Of a stretch of 64,000 nucleotides of DNA, positions 10,125 through 19,536 are shown piece after piece. This stretch comes from a virus (lineage: Duplodnaviria; Caudoviricetes). The stretch's first letter is position 1. Every line of letters begins with the position of its first letter. Location: positions 256,001 through 320,000 of the IMG/VR virus record IMGVR_UViG_3300037067_012889. One strand, given 5' to 3'. The translations under genes were made by a program, and so were the position numbers. The notes under the pieces are model-generated. The model had not been told where the DNA came from and ran no database searches. It saw nothing but the letters and a program-made list of their open reading frames with translations.

Positions 10125-13100
10125 CTACGTTATCTTAAATGTCGTACTGGCGTGTGAGTAATATGTAGTACTAGTGTCCTCGTTAAAGATATATCCCATC
10201 ATATAATAAGTACCGGCCGCTACTGGTGTCGTGTCCCAGTCAAACGTCCAAGAGCCATTAGCCCCAGAAATCAAGCCAAACGACGCCCAGCCGGCTGCCG
10301 TATAGCCTGTTTTACTAGTAGTGTAACCGAGATTCACTTTATATGTAATACCTGGCTGAAGACCGGAAGCAGTCCATGTAACCGTGATATGTGTGCCTCT
10401 AGCATAACTTCCAGATAGCGGAGCTGTGATTGTGAATGTTACGGTCGGCAATGGCGTCCCTATTACTTGCGAATGCCATATTCCCACTATACCGCCAGAT
10501 GGGGCAACTCCTTGATAACCGCACCATGCCGCAACCCATTTTCCAGTACTATTATTACGTGCAACGTCGGGCCAATATTGATTGTCAATACCACGATGTG
10601 CTAGATTTGGATTATTAACAATATATTCATCTGTTGTCGCCACACCAGCAGCAGTAAAGCTTCTAGCAAGAATACCATATTTAGAAATGTTAGCAATCGG
10701 ATCGTCTGGAATATATGGATTATCCCATATGACTGTAAAATTGCCATCACGATCACACGCGATGCGATTGACATTCTGACCATAGTCACGTTTAGCTGTG
10801 TTAGCTAAAAATGGTACAGCCAATGCTGTGCCAGAACTATTATAACACCGGGTCCAAGTAGAATAACCACTTATTGTGCTACTATAGGCAGACCATATAA
10901 CAGTGAAAGCGCCAGATGCAGCCACTGCAACGTCAACACTAGCATTACTGCTACCTATCACTTCGTTTACAGTGTTAGTGTTAAATTCTGCTGCATATGG
11001 AACACCAGTAGATTTATATCTTCGGCACCAAGTAGAAGCATTGGCAGTAGTTGTTTGGTATGACCAAACAATAACAAAATCACCAGTCTCAGCAACACCC
11101 ACAGAAGGAAGTGTGCAATACCAATCACTTCCAGATGCATCGGATGTAGGAGTATTAACCTCGAAGTTGCTAGCAACCATGGTGCCAGCACCATCATAGC
11201 GCTGGCATTCGATATCTTGATACCAATTACCCGGAAATCCTGGTTTATTTGTAAGCCATAACCTTTCCCATACAACAATAAAGCTCTTATCAACTTGGTT
11301 CATCGAGATAGCTGGATTATAAAACCACGAATATGAAATAGCATTAACGCGGAATTGATTTCCAAGAGGTGTGCCGTTAGCACTATACATTCTTGCTTGA
11401 ATACCGCTACGTACAACAGCATCCGCTGTGTAATCAATATCCGGACCCGCCCACACAATCACAAAGGTGCCGTCTGGTGCCATAGCGATATCGGGAAACG
11501 AACTTGTTTGATCGCTGTACGACGGCACCACAAATTGTGGCGTCGTAGGATTGCCATTAGCATTAAAACATTGTGCCATTACGACTGGAACATTGTTGTT
11601 ATCATAATTGGCCCAAGTTATAGCAAACCGGCCATCATCGGCTGCATCTGAAACACGTGGATAAAGGTCATTGTGTGTTACTGGTTCTGGCGAAATCGGC
11701 TCTTGCGATTGTGATGGCGACGGTGATATTGAAGGCGATCTTGAAAGCGACGGCGATATTGAAGGCGATCTTGAAGGCGACGGCAATGATGGTGATGTAG
11801 AAGGCGACGGCAGCGATGGCGAAGGTAATGGCGAAGGTACTGACAATGAAGGTGTTGGCGACGGTGCTGATGGTGATACAGAAAGAGACGGAAGAGAAGG
11901 AGATACTGAAAATGAAGCCGACATCAGAGGAGAAAACGACAACGATGGCGACAACAAAGATGCAGAAGGAGATGGCGATGGTGATGGCGTTGGCGACAAT
12001 GATTGTGATGCGTATGAAGAAAGAGATAAGCTAAGAGATGGAGATGGCGGTGGTGGTAGTGGTGTAGGTGTTGGCGGCGGTGGAGGAGAAGGAGGCGGTA
12101 GTGAGGGTTTACAATCTTCTATAAATTCACCAAAATATGTCAATTTTCTCGGACATGTAGCAACAGCACTAAACCACATTTGTGATATTACATCGCCAGA
12201 ACTATCTAATCCTTTAATAAGCCATAATCTCTGAGTCCCCTTGGGGTGTCCTTCAACTTCAAGTGATCCAGATGCAGCGAAACTACCATAATAAACGCCT
12301 TCACAACCAGAGCAACACAAATCTCTACAATATAGCTTCGTACTGACAATATCGGTAGAGTCAGAAAACCATTCTAAAGTATATGGTGTACTTGCTCTTA
12401 CATATGGCGTATTGTATCCAGATGCACGCAAGTATTGGTAACCAGGAACTGAAAATGCAACAGTAAGCTTCTCGATATAAGTAGGGACAAAAGGATTGCT
12501 ATTGCCAAACATCACATCGTGCGTAAAATATTCTCCAAGATTTATTGTTGTTCCTGTCGATCCTAAAACCAACCCACCACTCCAAACATCACCTTTTTCT
12601 GGAACATTAAGCCCGGAATATTCTAATTGATGTGTGTACCAAGTTGCATATTGTGTCGTAAAGATAGTATGATCTATATCTGCGATTTCTATCGGCTGTG
12701 ACACCCATTGATTTGTTTCAAGATCGGTAACAGTGCAAGGATATAATATTGAAGCTTCATCCAAGAAAGCTGTGTAAGGTATTATATTTGGCCATCGGCA
12801 AATACGTAAGAGTGCCAAAACTGAATTCAATGTAGCTTCGTCATATGCGACTGAAATGTTGTCCTGATTGAGGCTCTGTAATTCTCTATTGATTCTCGTT
12901 ATCACGCCTTTGGTATCTGTTGATAACAAGCTAGCTATAGTGACGTTACCCCACATGTTCACGAACGGCGTGCCGGGCATCAGACTAGCATTTACAAAAC
13001 CAGTCAACATATATCTATTATCAAATGATATTGTATATTCTGGCGTTCCTGTTGACGAGGCCGTCGATAAGCTTATCTTGTTTGTTGGCACAAATTCCAT
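10125..13100 (-). CDS. large adhesin-like virion protein: N-terminal domain, Pro/Ser linker, ~60-aa beta-propeller-like repeats, C-terminal Ig-like domain
   Basis: Repeats such as GNQFRVN, ASNFEVNT and AAEFNTNT followed by P.VA...G.F.VVW. Start moved to ATG 13100, which lies just after the upstream stop. Confidence 0.65.
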   Translation of the reverse strand: MEFVPTNKISLSTASSTGTPEYTISFDNRYMLTGFVNASLMPGTPFVNMWGNVTIASLLSTDTKGVITRINRELQSLNQDNISVAYDEATLNSVLALLRICRWPNIIPYTAFLDEASILYPCTVTDLETNQWVSQPIEIADIDHTIFTTQYATWYTHQLEYSGLNVPEKGDVWSGGLVLGSTGTTINLGEYFTHDVMFGNSNPFVPTYIEKLTVAFSVPGYQYLRASGYNTPYVRASTPYTLEWFSDSTDIVSTKLYCRDLCCSGCEGVYYGSFAASGSLEVEGHPKGTQRLWLIKGLDSSGDVISQMWFSAVATCPRKLTYFGEFIEDCKPSLPPPSPPPPPTPTPLPPPPSPSLSLSLSSYASQSLSPTPSPSPSPSASLLSPSLSFSPLMSASFSVSPSLPSLSVSPSAPSPTPSLSVPSPLPSPSLPSPSTSPSLPSPSRSPSISPSLSRSPSISPSPSQSQEPISPEPVTHNDLYPRVSDAADDGRFAITWANYDNNNVPVVMAQCFNANGNPTTPQFVVPSYSDQTSSFPDIAMAPDGTFVIVWAGPDIDYTADAVVRSGIQARMYSANGTPLGNQFRVNAISYSWFYNPAISMNQVDKSFIVVWERLWLTNKPGFPGNWYQDIECQRYDGAGTMVASNFEVNTPTSDASGSDWYCTLPSVGVAETGDFVIVWSYQTTTANASTWCRRYKSTGVPYAAEFNTNTVNEVIGSSNASVDVAVAASGAFTVIWSAYSSTISGYSTWTRCYNSSGTALAVPFLANTAKRDYGQNVNRIACDRDGNFTVIWDNPYIPDDPIANISKYGILARSFTAAGVATTDEYIVNNPNLAHRGIDNQYWPDVARNNSTGKWVAAWCGYQGVAPSGGIVGIWHSQVIGTPLPTVTFTITAPLSGSYARGTHITVTWTASGLQPGITYKVNLGYTTSKTGYTAAGWASFGLISGANGSWTFDWDTTPVAAGTYYMMGYIFNEDTSTTYYSHASTTFKIT
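11700..12105 (-). repeat. low-complexity Pro/Ser-coding repeat (SPSPSLS...)
   Basis: Degenerate tandem units such as gaaggcgacggc / gatggcga on the plus strand, encoding a PS-rich linker on the minus strand. Confidence 0.85.
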
Positions 13101-13101
13101 A

Positions 13102-15408
13102 TTACGCTCCGCCTTGTAACACAGTGAACCAACAAGCATATTGAGGCGACGTCAAAACACCCTCGCTATTTATAGCAATGATAGCATAATTGTGTAATCC
13201 AGCAGTGCATTTTCCTATCGATACTGTGAAATCCATGCCACCAATAGTTGTGTTAGCGATCGGCCCAGTTGTTATCGCTAATTTCACACCATCAAGCCAC
13301 AACGACGCAGCATAAACACCTTTAGCATCATATGCATTAAAAGTGATTAAAAGATCTTGATTTGAATATAGGGTTGTCTGTGACTGACCAGCTGTTTTGA
13401 ATACTGCTGTCGTTCTTTCATCGGAATTGTATTGTGTAATGATGACATTGCGTATTGTCGAATTTGTACTATCAGTTATTACGCAATCAGATGTCGCAGT
13501 CGTCTCTTCCGTTACCGGCATCGGCAAGAACCCATTTACCGCAGTAATGTTAATCTTGTAATATCGATATGAGACGCCGTTAGAGAACGTAAACCATTCT
13601 GACCAGTTATCCATACCCGGTGGATCGATGTTGACTCTCGAATCTAACAAAGTCCAATTACTACCATCGTTAGATCCCAATAGCACGAAATCTTTAGGAA
13701 AGCCGTTTCCACTATCGTAATTCTGCTCATAGATGATTTCATTATTCGCAACGGTTGTACCATTATAATTCTGCTCTTGTATAGCATATTTATTTAATGG
13801 TACCGCATATCCTTCACCAAAATCATAAATAATATACCATGGCGGTACCGACGATGAACTTATCCATCTATCTGATTCACCACTATTAGTACTACTAAAT
13901 GCTTTCCATGCTGAATAGTTCGTAGCACGATAACTTGAATAATATTCGCCACTTGCAGTAACTACATTTGGAACCGGAACATTATCAGATGCCATCGTTG
14001 CGGCGCACGTTGTTGTATTTGTGTTATCTGCACCATCTATCGACGCACAAACTAACTTAAGTTCTGCGATGCTAACATATGTGACACTACCAACTACAGC
14101 AGTCACATTCAATCTATAATAACGATATGCTATACCGTTATCGAAAGTAAAGTATGAAGACCAAAGAGCAGGTCCTGGTGCATTAACACTTGTTCTTGTG
14201 TCTAATATCGTCCAAGTGCTATTGTCATTAGAACCTTGCAACGTAAAATCTTTCGGGAATCCAAGATAATTTGGTGAATTCCGTTCTTGTATTGCATACT
14301 TATTCACAATTACTGCAGTATTAAAATCATACTGCAAATAATGTGGAAGAGCCGTAGCCGCACTTAACCACCGATCATTTTCATCAGTGCATGTACCATT
14401 AAATGCCAGCCATGCCCCGGCTTGTTCACTATCCGCACTAGCTATATATGGAGACGGTGTTACGTCGGACGTCATAATAGTAGTACAAGTCGTGGTTGAT
14501 GCATTATTGGAACCATTCGTTTGTGTGCGAACGAATTTTATCTCACCAATAATTGCACAAGTAGATGGAAATGGATCTAATATAACTGTAGCGGGTGACG
14601 ATACTTCAACTGTAGTCGTTTGTTCAGCGTAAACTGTGGTGGTCGTTGTCTCAGCTATTACTTGTTGAACTGGCAATTCGCTCGTATCCATGCCGGGCAT
14701 CGGGAGTCCTGCACCAGCGACAGAAATAGCACCAGTAGCACCGGCAACCTTGTTAAATCTGATTGGTAATATTTCGCTCTGTGATATTCTCGATTTTATT
14801 ATGTTAAAAATGCACGAGTCATTATAACATCCTGGTGTATATGGATGTACTGGCATAATTACATCCTTGTTGACAAACACTATACTACTGCGAGATGCCA
14901 CAGCCGTGCTATATGTTATTTCCGTCAATTCATTCGTCGACAAATTCCGCGAATAGACCAAATAATCGTTTGTTGGAAATATGTTTTTACAAGAAGCAAC
15001 ATCTTTAACTGTCGATACCGCACTCGGATTTATTAAATCACGTTCGATTTTAATATCTGAGACGTCATATGATGTAGTTGCTGTTGTATCTATTACTTTT
15101 TTACTCTGCAAATATGCCAATAATTGATTGGCGTCCTGCATAGTAACGCTACCATCACCATTCACATCAACATATGGTGAACTTGTTGGTTTGTTCCTGG
15201 GTAATGTACCACTACCATGAGCAGATATGTAGTTAAGTATAGCATTGTAATCATCTATATCGACTACGCCGTCAGACAATACATCAAAACGATTTCCAGG
15301 GTTTTGCCATCTAGATACTCCAAGTATAACATTGCTAGTACTGAAGCTACTTATCAACGGCGTAATCTGGATTACTTCTACATAGGTTGTTAGTCCAATT
15401 TGTGCCAT
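13102..15408 (-). CDS. virion-associated protein with N-terminal dockerin-like domain and two F5/8 type C (discoidin) domains
   Basis: WQNPGNRFDVLSDGVVD..D...ILNYI...YVDVNGDGSVT..DA..LL paired EF-hand-like dockerin; two copies of AW.AF...RW.S.....P..L.YDF...FPKDF.L.GSND...WT.LD.R...YRYY. Confidence 0.75.
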   Translation of the reverse strand: MAQIGLTTYVEVIQITPLISSFSTSNVILGVSRWQNPGNRFDVLSDGVVDIDDYNAILNYISAHGSGTLPRNKPTSSPYVDVNGDGSVTMQDANQLLAYLQSKKVIDTTATTSYDVSDIKIERDLINPSAVSTVKDVASCKNIFPTNDYLVYSRNLSTNELTEITYSTAVASRSSIVFVNKDVIMPVHPYTPGCYNDSCIFNIIKSRISQSEILPIRFNKVAGATGAISVAGAGLPMPGMDTSELPVQQVIAETTTTTVYAEQTTTVEVSSPATVILDPFPSTCAIIGEIKFVRTQTNGSNNASTTTCTTIMTSDVTPSPYIASADSEQAGAWLAFNGTCTDENDRWLSAATALPHYLQYDFNTAVIVNKYAIQERNSPNYLGFPKDFTLQGSNDNSTWTILDTRTSVNAPGPALWSSYFTFDNGIAYRYYRLNVTAVVGSVTYVSIAELKLVCASIDGADNTNTTTCAATMASDNVPVPNVVTASGEYYSSYRATNYSAWKAFSSTNSGESDRWISSSSVPPWYIIYDFGEGYAVPLNKYAIQEQNYNGTTVANNEIIYEQNYDSGNGFPKDFVLLGSNDGSNWTLLDSRVNIDPPGMDNWSEWFTFSNGVSYRYYKINITAVNGFLPMPVTEETTATSDCVITDSTNSTIRNVIITQYNSDERTTAVFKTAGQSQTTLYSNQDLLITFNAYDAKGVYAASLWLDGVKLAITTGPIANTTIGGMDFTVSIGKCTAGLHNYAIIAINSEGVLTSPQYACWFTVLQGGA

Positions 15409-15412
15409 CGTT

Positions 15413-16288
15413 TTATGATATTGTTAGACTAAATTTTGGACTGCACCGCGTTGTTCCATCTGGCAAAATTGCCGTGATCCTATATTGATACGTGCCTTTC
15501 AAAAACTTCGATGTATCGACCATATATCTAAAGACATACGGATTAGAACGATATGAACCCTGCCGTAAACCAATTGTCAATGGCTCCTCGTCTACTAAAA
15601 TTTCATTGTTTTCAGTAGAAACCATAATAGTGCCAGTCAAGTATGGCAATATTGGTGCGACTAAATTAAAATCATAATCATATAACGGTAACGGCATAAT
15701 CCCAATTTCAAGCGGCCTAATCTCTGGTTGATTGTATTTCTGATCGAGAGGCTCAAAACCAAGCCTAATTGCTGTAAGTGAATCTTGTACATCCCAATTG
15801 TCTGAATAGACCCAGAATTTATTACAAGATTGTAATATTAGACCGCTAATTTCCGGATCATCTAAATCCTGATATTGAGTGCAGCCAGAAGTATCAGTTA
15901 CACATTTACCAGCATATTCTTCCATCTCACATGGATTTGTCGGTATGTAACTCCAAACGTCAAAATAAACATCTGGAACTGACGCATCGGGTGGTATATC
16001 AAGCAATAATCTATATTCCCCTGGAACTATAACACCTTCTTGGCCTTCTGTACCGCATGGACCACATTCGGTATTAGTTCTGATATATTCAACAGGGGAA
16101 GGATAATTTGGATCGCATGGATCTACAACAACAAAGGAGGCAATCAGATTAGATGGTAATATCTGAGTTTTATAAATATCAACTTTGCGGATTGCGTATG
16201 GTGCGGTCGCCACACCACCACGCATAAATCGTGTATCCAATTGCACGATATTTCCAGCTCTAGCAGATATTCGCTGATATGTAGCCAT
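15413..16288 (-). CDS. hypothetical virion structural protein (Cys-rich, Ig-like C-terminus)
   Basis: 291 aa, GAGGTG SD, structural-operon context. Confidence 0.55.
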   Translation of the reverse strand: MATYQRISARAGNIVQLDTRFMRGGVATAPYAIRKVDIYKTQILPSNLIASFVVVDPCDPNYPSPVEYIRTNTECGPCGTEGQEGVIVPGEYRLLLDIPPDASVPDVYFDVWSYIPTNPCEMEEYAGKCVTDTSGCTQYQDLDDPEISGLILQSCNKFWVYSDNWDVQDSLTAIRLGFEPLDQKYNQPEIRPLEIGIMPLPLYDYDFNLVAPILPYLTGTIMVSTENNEILVDEEPLTIGLRQGSYRSNPYVFRYMVDTSKFLKGTYQYRITAILPDGTTRCSPKFSLTIS

Positions 16289-16330
16289 ACATTCACCTCG
16301 GTTTCCATATCTTTGCTAGGCAAGAGATTA

Positions 16331-16513
16331 TTATCGTTGTAGATTAGATGGCATTGAACTGGATTCTTTTTTCCTGCGTTCTTCTGCGACCTTTTCTAAT
16401 TTTCTATACCACCAAGCACGCTCTTCACCAGTCATTGAATTCTGTTCAAAAAGCGTAATTTCTCCGGTGCCACCAACACCACATCGTAATGCAAATTGCT
16501 GTTCCATTTGCAT
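16331..16513 (-). CDS. gp51-like small baseplate/tail chaperone, possibly a frameshift extension of the upstream gene
   Basis: FEQNSMTGEERAWW resembles the E..M...ER..Y/W pattern of gp51/gpT-type chaperones; the frame is open back across the upstream stop to a T6 run. Confidence 0.6.
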   Translation of the reverse strand: MQMEQQFALRCGVGGTGEITLFEQNSMTGEERAWWYRKLEKVAEERRKKESSSMPSNLQR

Positions 16514-16526
16514 TTCCCATTCTTTC

Positions 16527-17549
16527 TCACAGTTCTCGTGAGACCTGTGGACGAAAAAATGATTCTGTTATTGGGAGCATCGCACGATATGTCTCATTAC
16601 AAGCACCGCATTGGATCTCGATCATCGTCTCAATGCTTGGTGTATTATCAGATAACCATTCCCTAATCACAGCAATATCGGTTGACTGCATTTTGTTGAC
16701 TATATTCCTGATCTTCATTCTATCAGTGCAGCCCATAATATCGACGATTACGGTCTCAATATTTTGAGTTACCAAGTCATCTATAACTATTTCGTCGTGG
16801 CTGTGATCTATAATCTGTTGTGCACGTTCACGCGGCTTTATCTTGGCTCTAGATCCGCCAACTAGCATATTCTTAGCCTTCTTGGCTCTCTGTATACCGT
16901 TCACGTCACGAACACGCAGAAACCTAATACCAGCCGCAATATTCCTACCGGCTTCTTTGCTTAGATATGGTAAAGTAATCTTAAATGGCTCAATACCTAG
17001 CGACTCATCGGCCCATACTATAGTTCCAACAAGTTCATTAAGGTCAATCGTATGTGTTGCGACATTTTGACATTGCTGATTTGGACAAGTCGATGCAAAC
17101 TCATATATGTTTCCGTGGGTAATACCGCGAAGATAATATAATAGATAAACCTGATCGCCAACCAATAAATCTTGAATATCAAAACCGCTTGGGAAGCGAC
17201 AACACTCTTTGAGCATATAATCAATTGACTGTCCTGTTTGTGCCAGCCTAGCGGTAGCTAAAATCTTGTCAATCTTTGCCGACCACGCTCTTACCTCTAC
17301 TACACCAGAGGTCCATCCGTAATAGAGGCCCTTGCTTGGTAAGGTGGTCTCTTCCCATGGAATTAATTGGTCTTGTGATGCCCTCGATATGATGTCTACG
17401 ATATCGAGGTCCGACGTGGCATCACTAATGAGTTTAGATAATTCAGAAGTCTGTCCTTTATCTAATTTCTTCGCTTGCGGTTGCGATTGTGGTGCATGAC
17501 TGCGATTGTCACCAGAAAGATTAACTTCTTCTTCTATGTGATCTGACAT
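16527..17549 (-). CDS. baseplate hub assembly / tail chaperone, T4 gp26-like
   Basis: LPSKGLYY, DLLVGDQVYLLYYLRGIT.G, CPN..C and terminal C..C....MLPITESFFRP. Start placed at the second Met (AAGGA SD). Confidence 0.75.
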   Translation of the reverse strand: MSDHIEEEVNLSGDNRSHAPQSQPQAKKLDKGQTSELSKLISDATSDLDIVDIISRASQDQLIPWEETTLPSKGLYYGWTSGVVEVRAWSAKIDKILATARLAQTGQSIDYMLKECCRFPSGFDIQDLLVGDQVYLLYYLRGITHGNIYEFASTCPNQQCQNVATHTIDLNELVGTIVWADESLGIEPFKITLPYLSKEAGRNIAAGIRFLRVRDVNGIQRAKKAKNMLVGGSRAKIKPRERAQQIIDHSHDEIVIDDLVTQNIETVIVDIMGCTDRMKIRNIVNKMQSTDIAVIREWLSDNTPSIETMIEIQCGACNETYRAMLPITESFFRPQVSREL

Positions 17550-17666
17550 AATGTTATCCTTGATCATGAAATATGGCCTAGAATATATCTACTAAATGAC
17601 AATTCTTCCTATGTGCAATGATGGATATATTTGAGGATCCCATATAGGATCCAAGGTAATTATAGG

Positions 17667-18269
17667 CTAATATATATATGAACTAGATCTTCCGACGTTT
17701 TCGCTTTGGCTAGTCTGACTTGTAGTCTGCCCTTGCGTCTCGTCGTCTTGTAATGCCCAATCATATGCGATAATCACATCAATAACTTTAATTTCTGTCG
17801 CAGTATATGTCAAATCGCCTTCCTTGACTGATTGGGGCCAGCTACCACACAATGTCCATTTTGTAAAAGTTTCAAAATCCAAATCATATACTTTTATTAC
17901 TGAATCTTTCTTATAGTCGGTTGGACTTCTTAGACCGGTCTTCGCACTCCATACTCTATCACGCCAATCCTTAATGATTTGTGATGCCTTATATGAGCTA
18001 ATCACAACATCGTAGAAAGTGATCCGTACGTCTTCCCAGATCACCATCCCGGCATATTTATAAGTAAGAGATGCACCATCTGTAGTCTCTTTCGTGATAG
18101 TGAATGTTGGTAATGTAGCCTCTTTCGCCAATAATTTAGTCGGAAACAGATTGCGCGAATCTTCAAATAGATTAACTATTTCCCATGTGTACGAATATAC
18201 AGGTTTCAGGCTACCATCTGTGGCAGCTACACCGGCACCGACATTATTAGCGACGATGAAACCAGGTAT
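17667..18269 (-). CDS. tail tube protein paralogue 3 (gp19/gp54-like), probable ATA start
   Basis: W.DV.ITFYD, WTLCGSWP.SV..GDL.Y and YDWA tube motifs. The frame extends 46 codons upstream of the annotated TTG to ATA CCT GGT TTC (=MPGF, as in both paralogues), behind AAGGAG. Confidence 0.75.
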   Translation of the reverse strand: MPGFIVANNVGAGVAATDGSLKPVYSYTWEIVNLFEDSRNLFPTKLLAKEATLPTFTITKETTDGASLTYKYAGMVIWEDVRITFYDVVISSYKASQIIKDWRDRVWSAKTGLRSPTDYKKDSVIKVYDLDFETFTKWTLCGSWPQSVKEGDLTYTATEIKVIDVIIAYDWALQDDETQGQTTSQTSQSENVGRSSSYIY

Positions 18270-18280
18270 GATATTTCTCC

Positions 18281-18793
18281 TTAAGTCACCGCAACTGCTT
18301 CTTCTGTCGATTTGTCCATTTCAAGCGTAAACGTAACTTCACTTATTCTGGTCGATACATAATCTAACTCATCCGGTGTTATTTGCGACGGCCAACACCC
18401 ATACATTGTATATCTATAAACTGCGGCACCCCTGCCATTCAACATTTCAAGAGTGCACGTATATTTGGTTAGATTGATTACAGACGTAGCAATGTTGACG
18501 ACATTTACTGACCACCATTTACGAATAGTACCGGCTACATCATTATCGATAGACTGATAGAAACTTATATCTATTGGCGACCATTTCTCCTTACCTGGAA
18601 AATAAACACAATCTTGTTGATGGTGCAACGTAGCCTTGTCGATCGTTACCTTTGGCCTACCAGATTTATGTGCATATATTAGTATGTCCTTCAATGGATC
18701 GAGAGTAGCAAATTTCCAACGATGCTGGCGTGCTACTTCTATCTTAGCACTAGGCTGCGTCGTCTGATTATTATTGATATTAAATCCTGGCAC
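18281..18793 (-). CDS. tail tube protein paralogue 2 (gp19-like)
   Basis: MPGFNI..., YFPGKEKWSPI.ISFY, YGCWPS.I..DELDY; clearly paralogous to 18913-19419. Confidence 0.8.
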   Translation of the reverse strand: MPGFNINNNQTTQPSAKIEVARQHRWKFATLDPLKDILIYAHKSGRPKVTIDKATLHHQQDCVYFPGKEKWSPIDISFYQSIDNDVAGTIRKWWSVNVVNIATSVINLTKYTCTLEMLNGRGAAVYRYTMYGCWPSQITPDELDYVSTRISEVTFTLEMDKSTEEAVAVT

Positions 18794-18857
18794 TACTGCA
18801 CCATTGTTAAGAGTTATATTGTAAGTTTGATACAGACCAATTATATACTATAAGCCA

Positions 18858-18890
18858 CGACCCCTACCAATCTTGAATTGGTAGGGGTCG
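18858..18890 (-). terminator. stem-loop after the major tail tube gene
   Basis: Perfect 14-bp inverted repeat cgacccctaccaat / attggtaggggtcg with a 5-nt loop; weak U-tract. Confidence 0.6.
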
Positions 18891-18912
18891 GTATGTCTGT
18901 GAACTTTTGAAA

Positions 18913-19419
18913 CTAACTCTTCATGGCACGGTCATATCGTAACGTCGCCTCGATCGTTGCGATGTCTGTCGCCGTATAATCGAGGTCACCCCAGTTCACT
19001 TCCTTGGGCCACGCATTGCACATGGTCCAAGTCTCTGTTGTGTTACCAGCAGCACCAATCATTTCGAGTGTCGCTTGCTGCTTATAAACAGACGGAGCAT
19101 ATACTATTGCTGTTGGGATGTCAACAACAGTATTCAGCCAAGCATATATCGTAGCAGAAATGTCTGGATCTTGCTCGACATCATACCACTTCATGCTGAC
19201 CGGTTCCCAAGTCTGCTTACCGGCAAAGTAAGCAACTTCCTGGTCATGGTGCATTTCTGGTTCTGCGAACTTGAAATTTGGTCGTGATGCCGACTGCAAC
19301 ACAAGCAATGCAGCAGAACTAATATCGCCTAGGGTCCTAAAGACCCAACGATGTTTTCTGCGGGTTTCTAGATTGGCGGCTGGGCCATTACCTGATCCAC
19401 AAATATTAAATCCTGGCAC
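18913..19419 (-). CDS. major tail tube protein (T4 gp19-like)
   Basis: YFAGKQTWEPVSMKWYD, YKQQATLEM, W...NAWP.EVNWGDLDY and LRYDRA motifs; strong AAGGAGG SD with GTG start. Confidence 0.85.
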   Translation of the reverse strand: MPGFNICGSGNGPAANLETRRKHRWVFRTLGDISSAALLVLQSASRPNFKFAEPEMHHDQEVAYFAGKQTWEPVSMKWYDVEQDPDISATIYAWLNTVVDIPTAIVYAPSVYKQQATLEMIGAAGNTTETWTMCNAWPKEVNWGDLDYTATDIATIEATLRYDRAMKS

Positions 19420-19536
19420 TAAACCCTCCTTCGAGGCTCATCGGACCACCAAATTGATGGGTATCCTCGGTATAATTTTAATGTTTGTGGAAATGTATTT
19501 CACCATTGGACATCCATTTTCACCATCAGGTGCATT

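Noticed and set aside
11671-12234. Plus-strand Asp/Gly-rich 187-aa ORF, and the similar 42287-42946 Ala/Ser ORF
   Set aside because: Antisense of low-complexity Pro/Ser and AAKP coding repeats.
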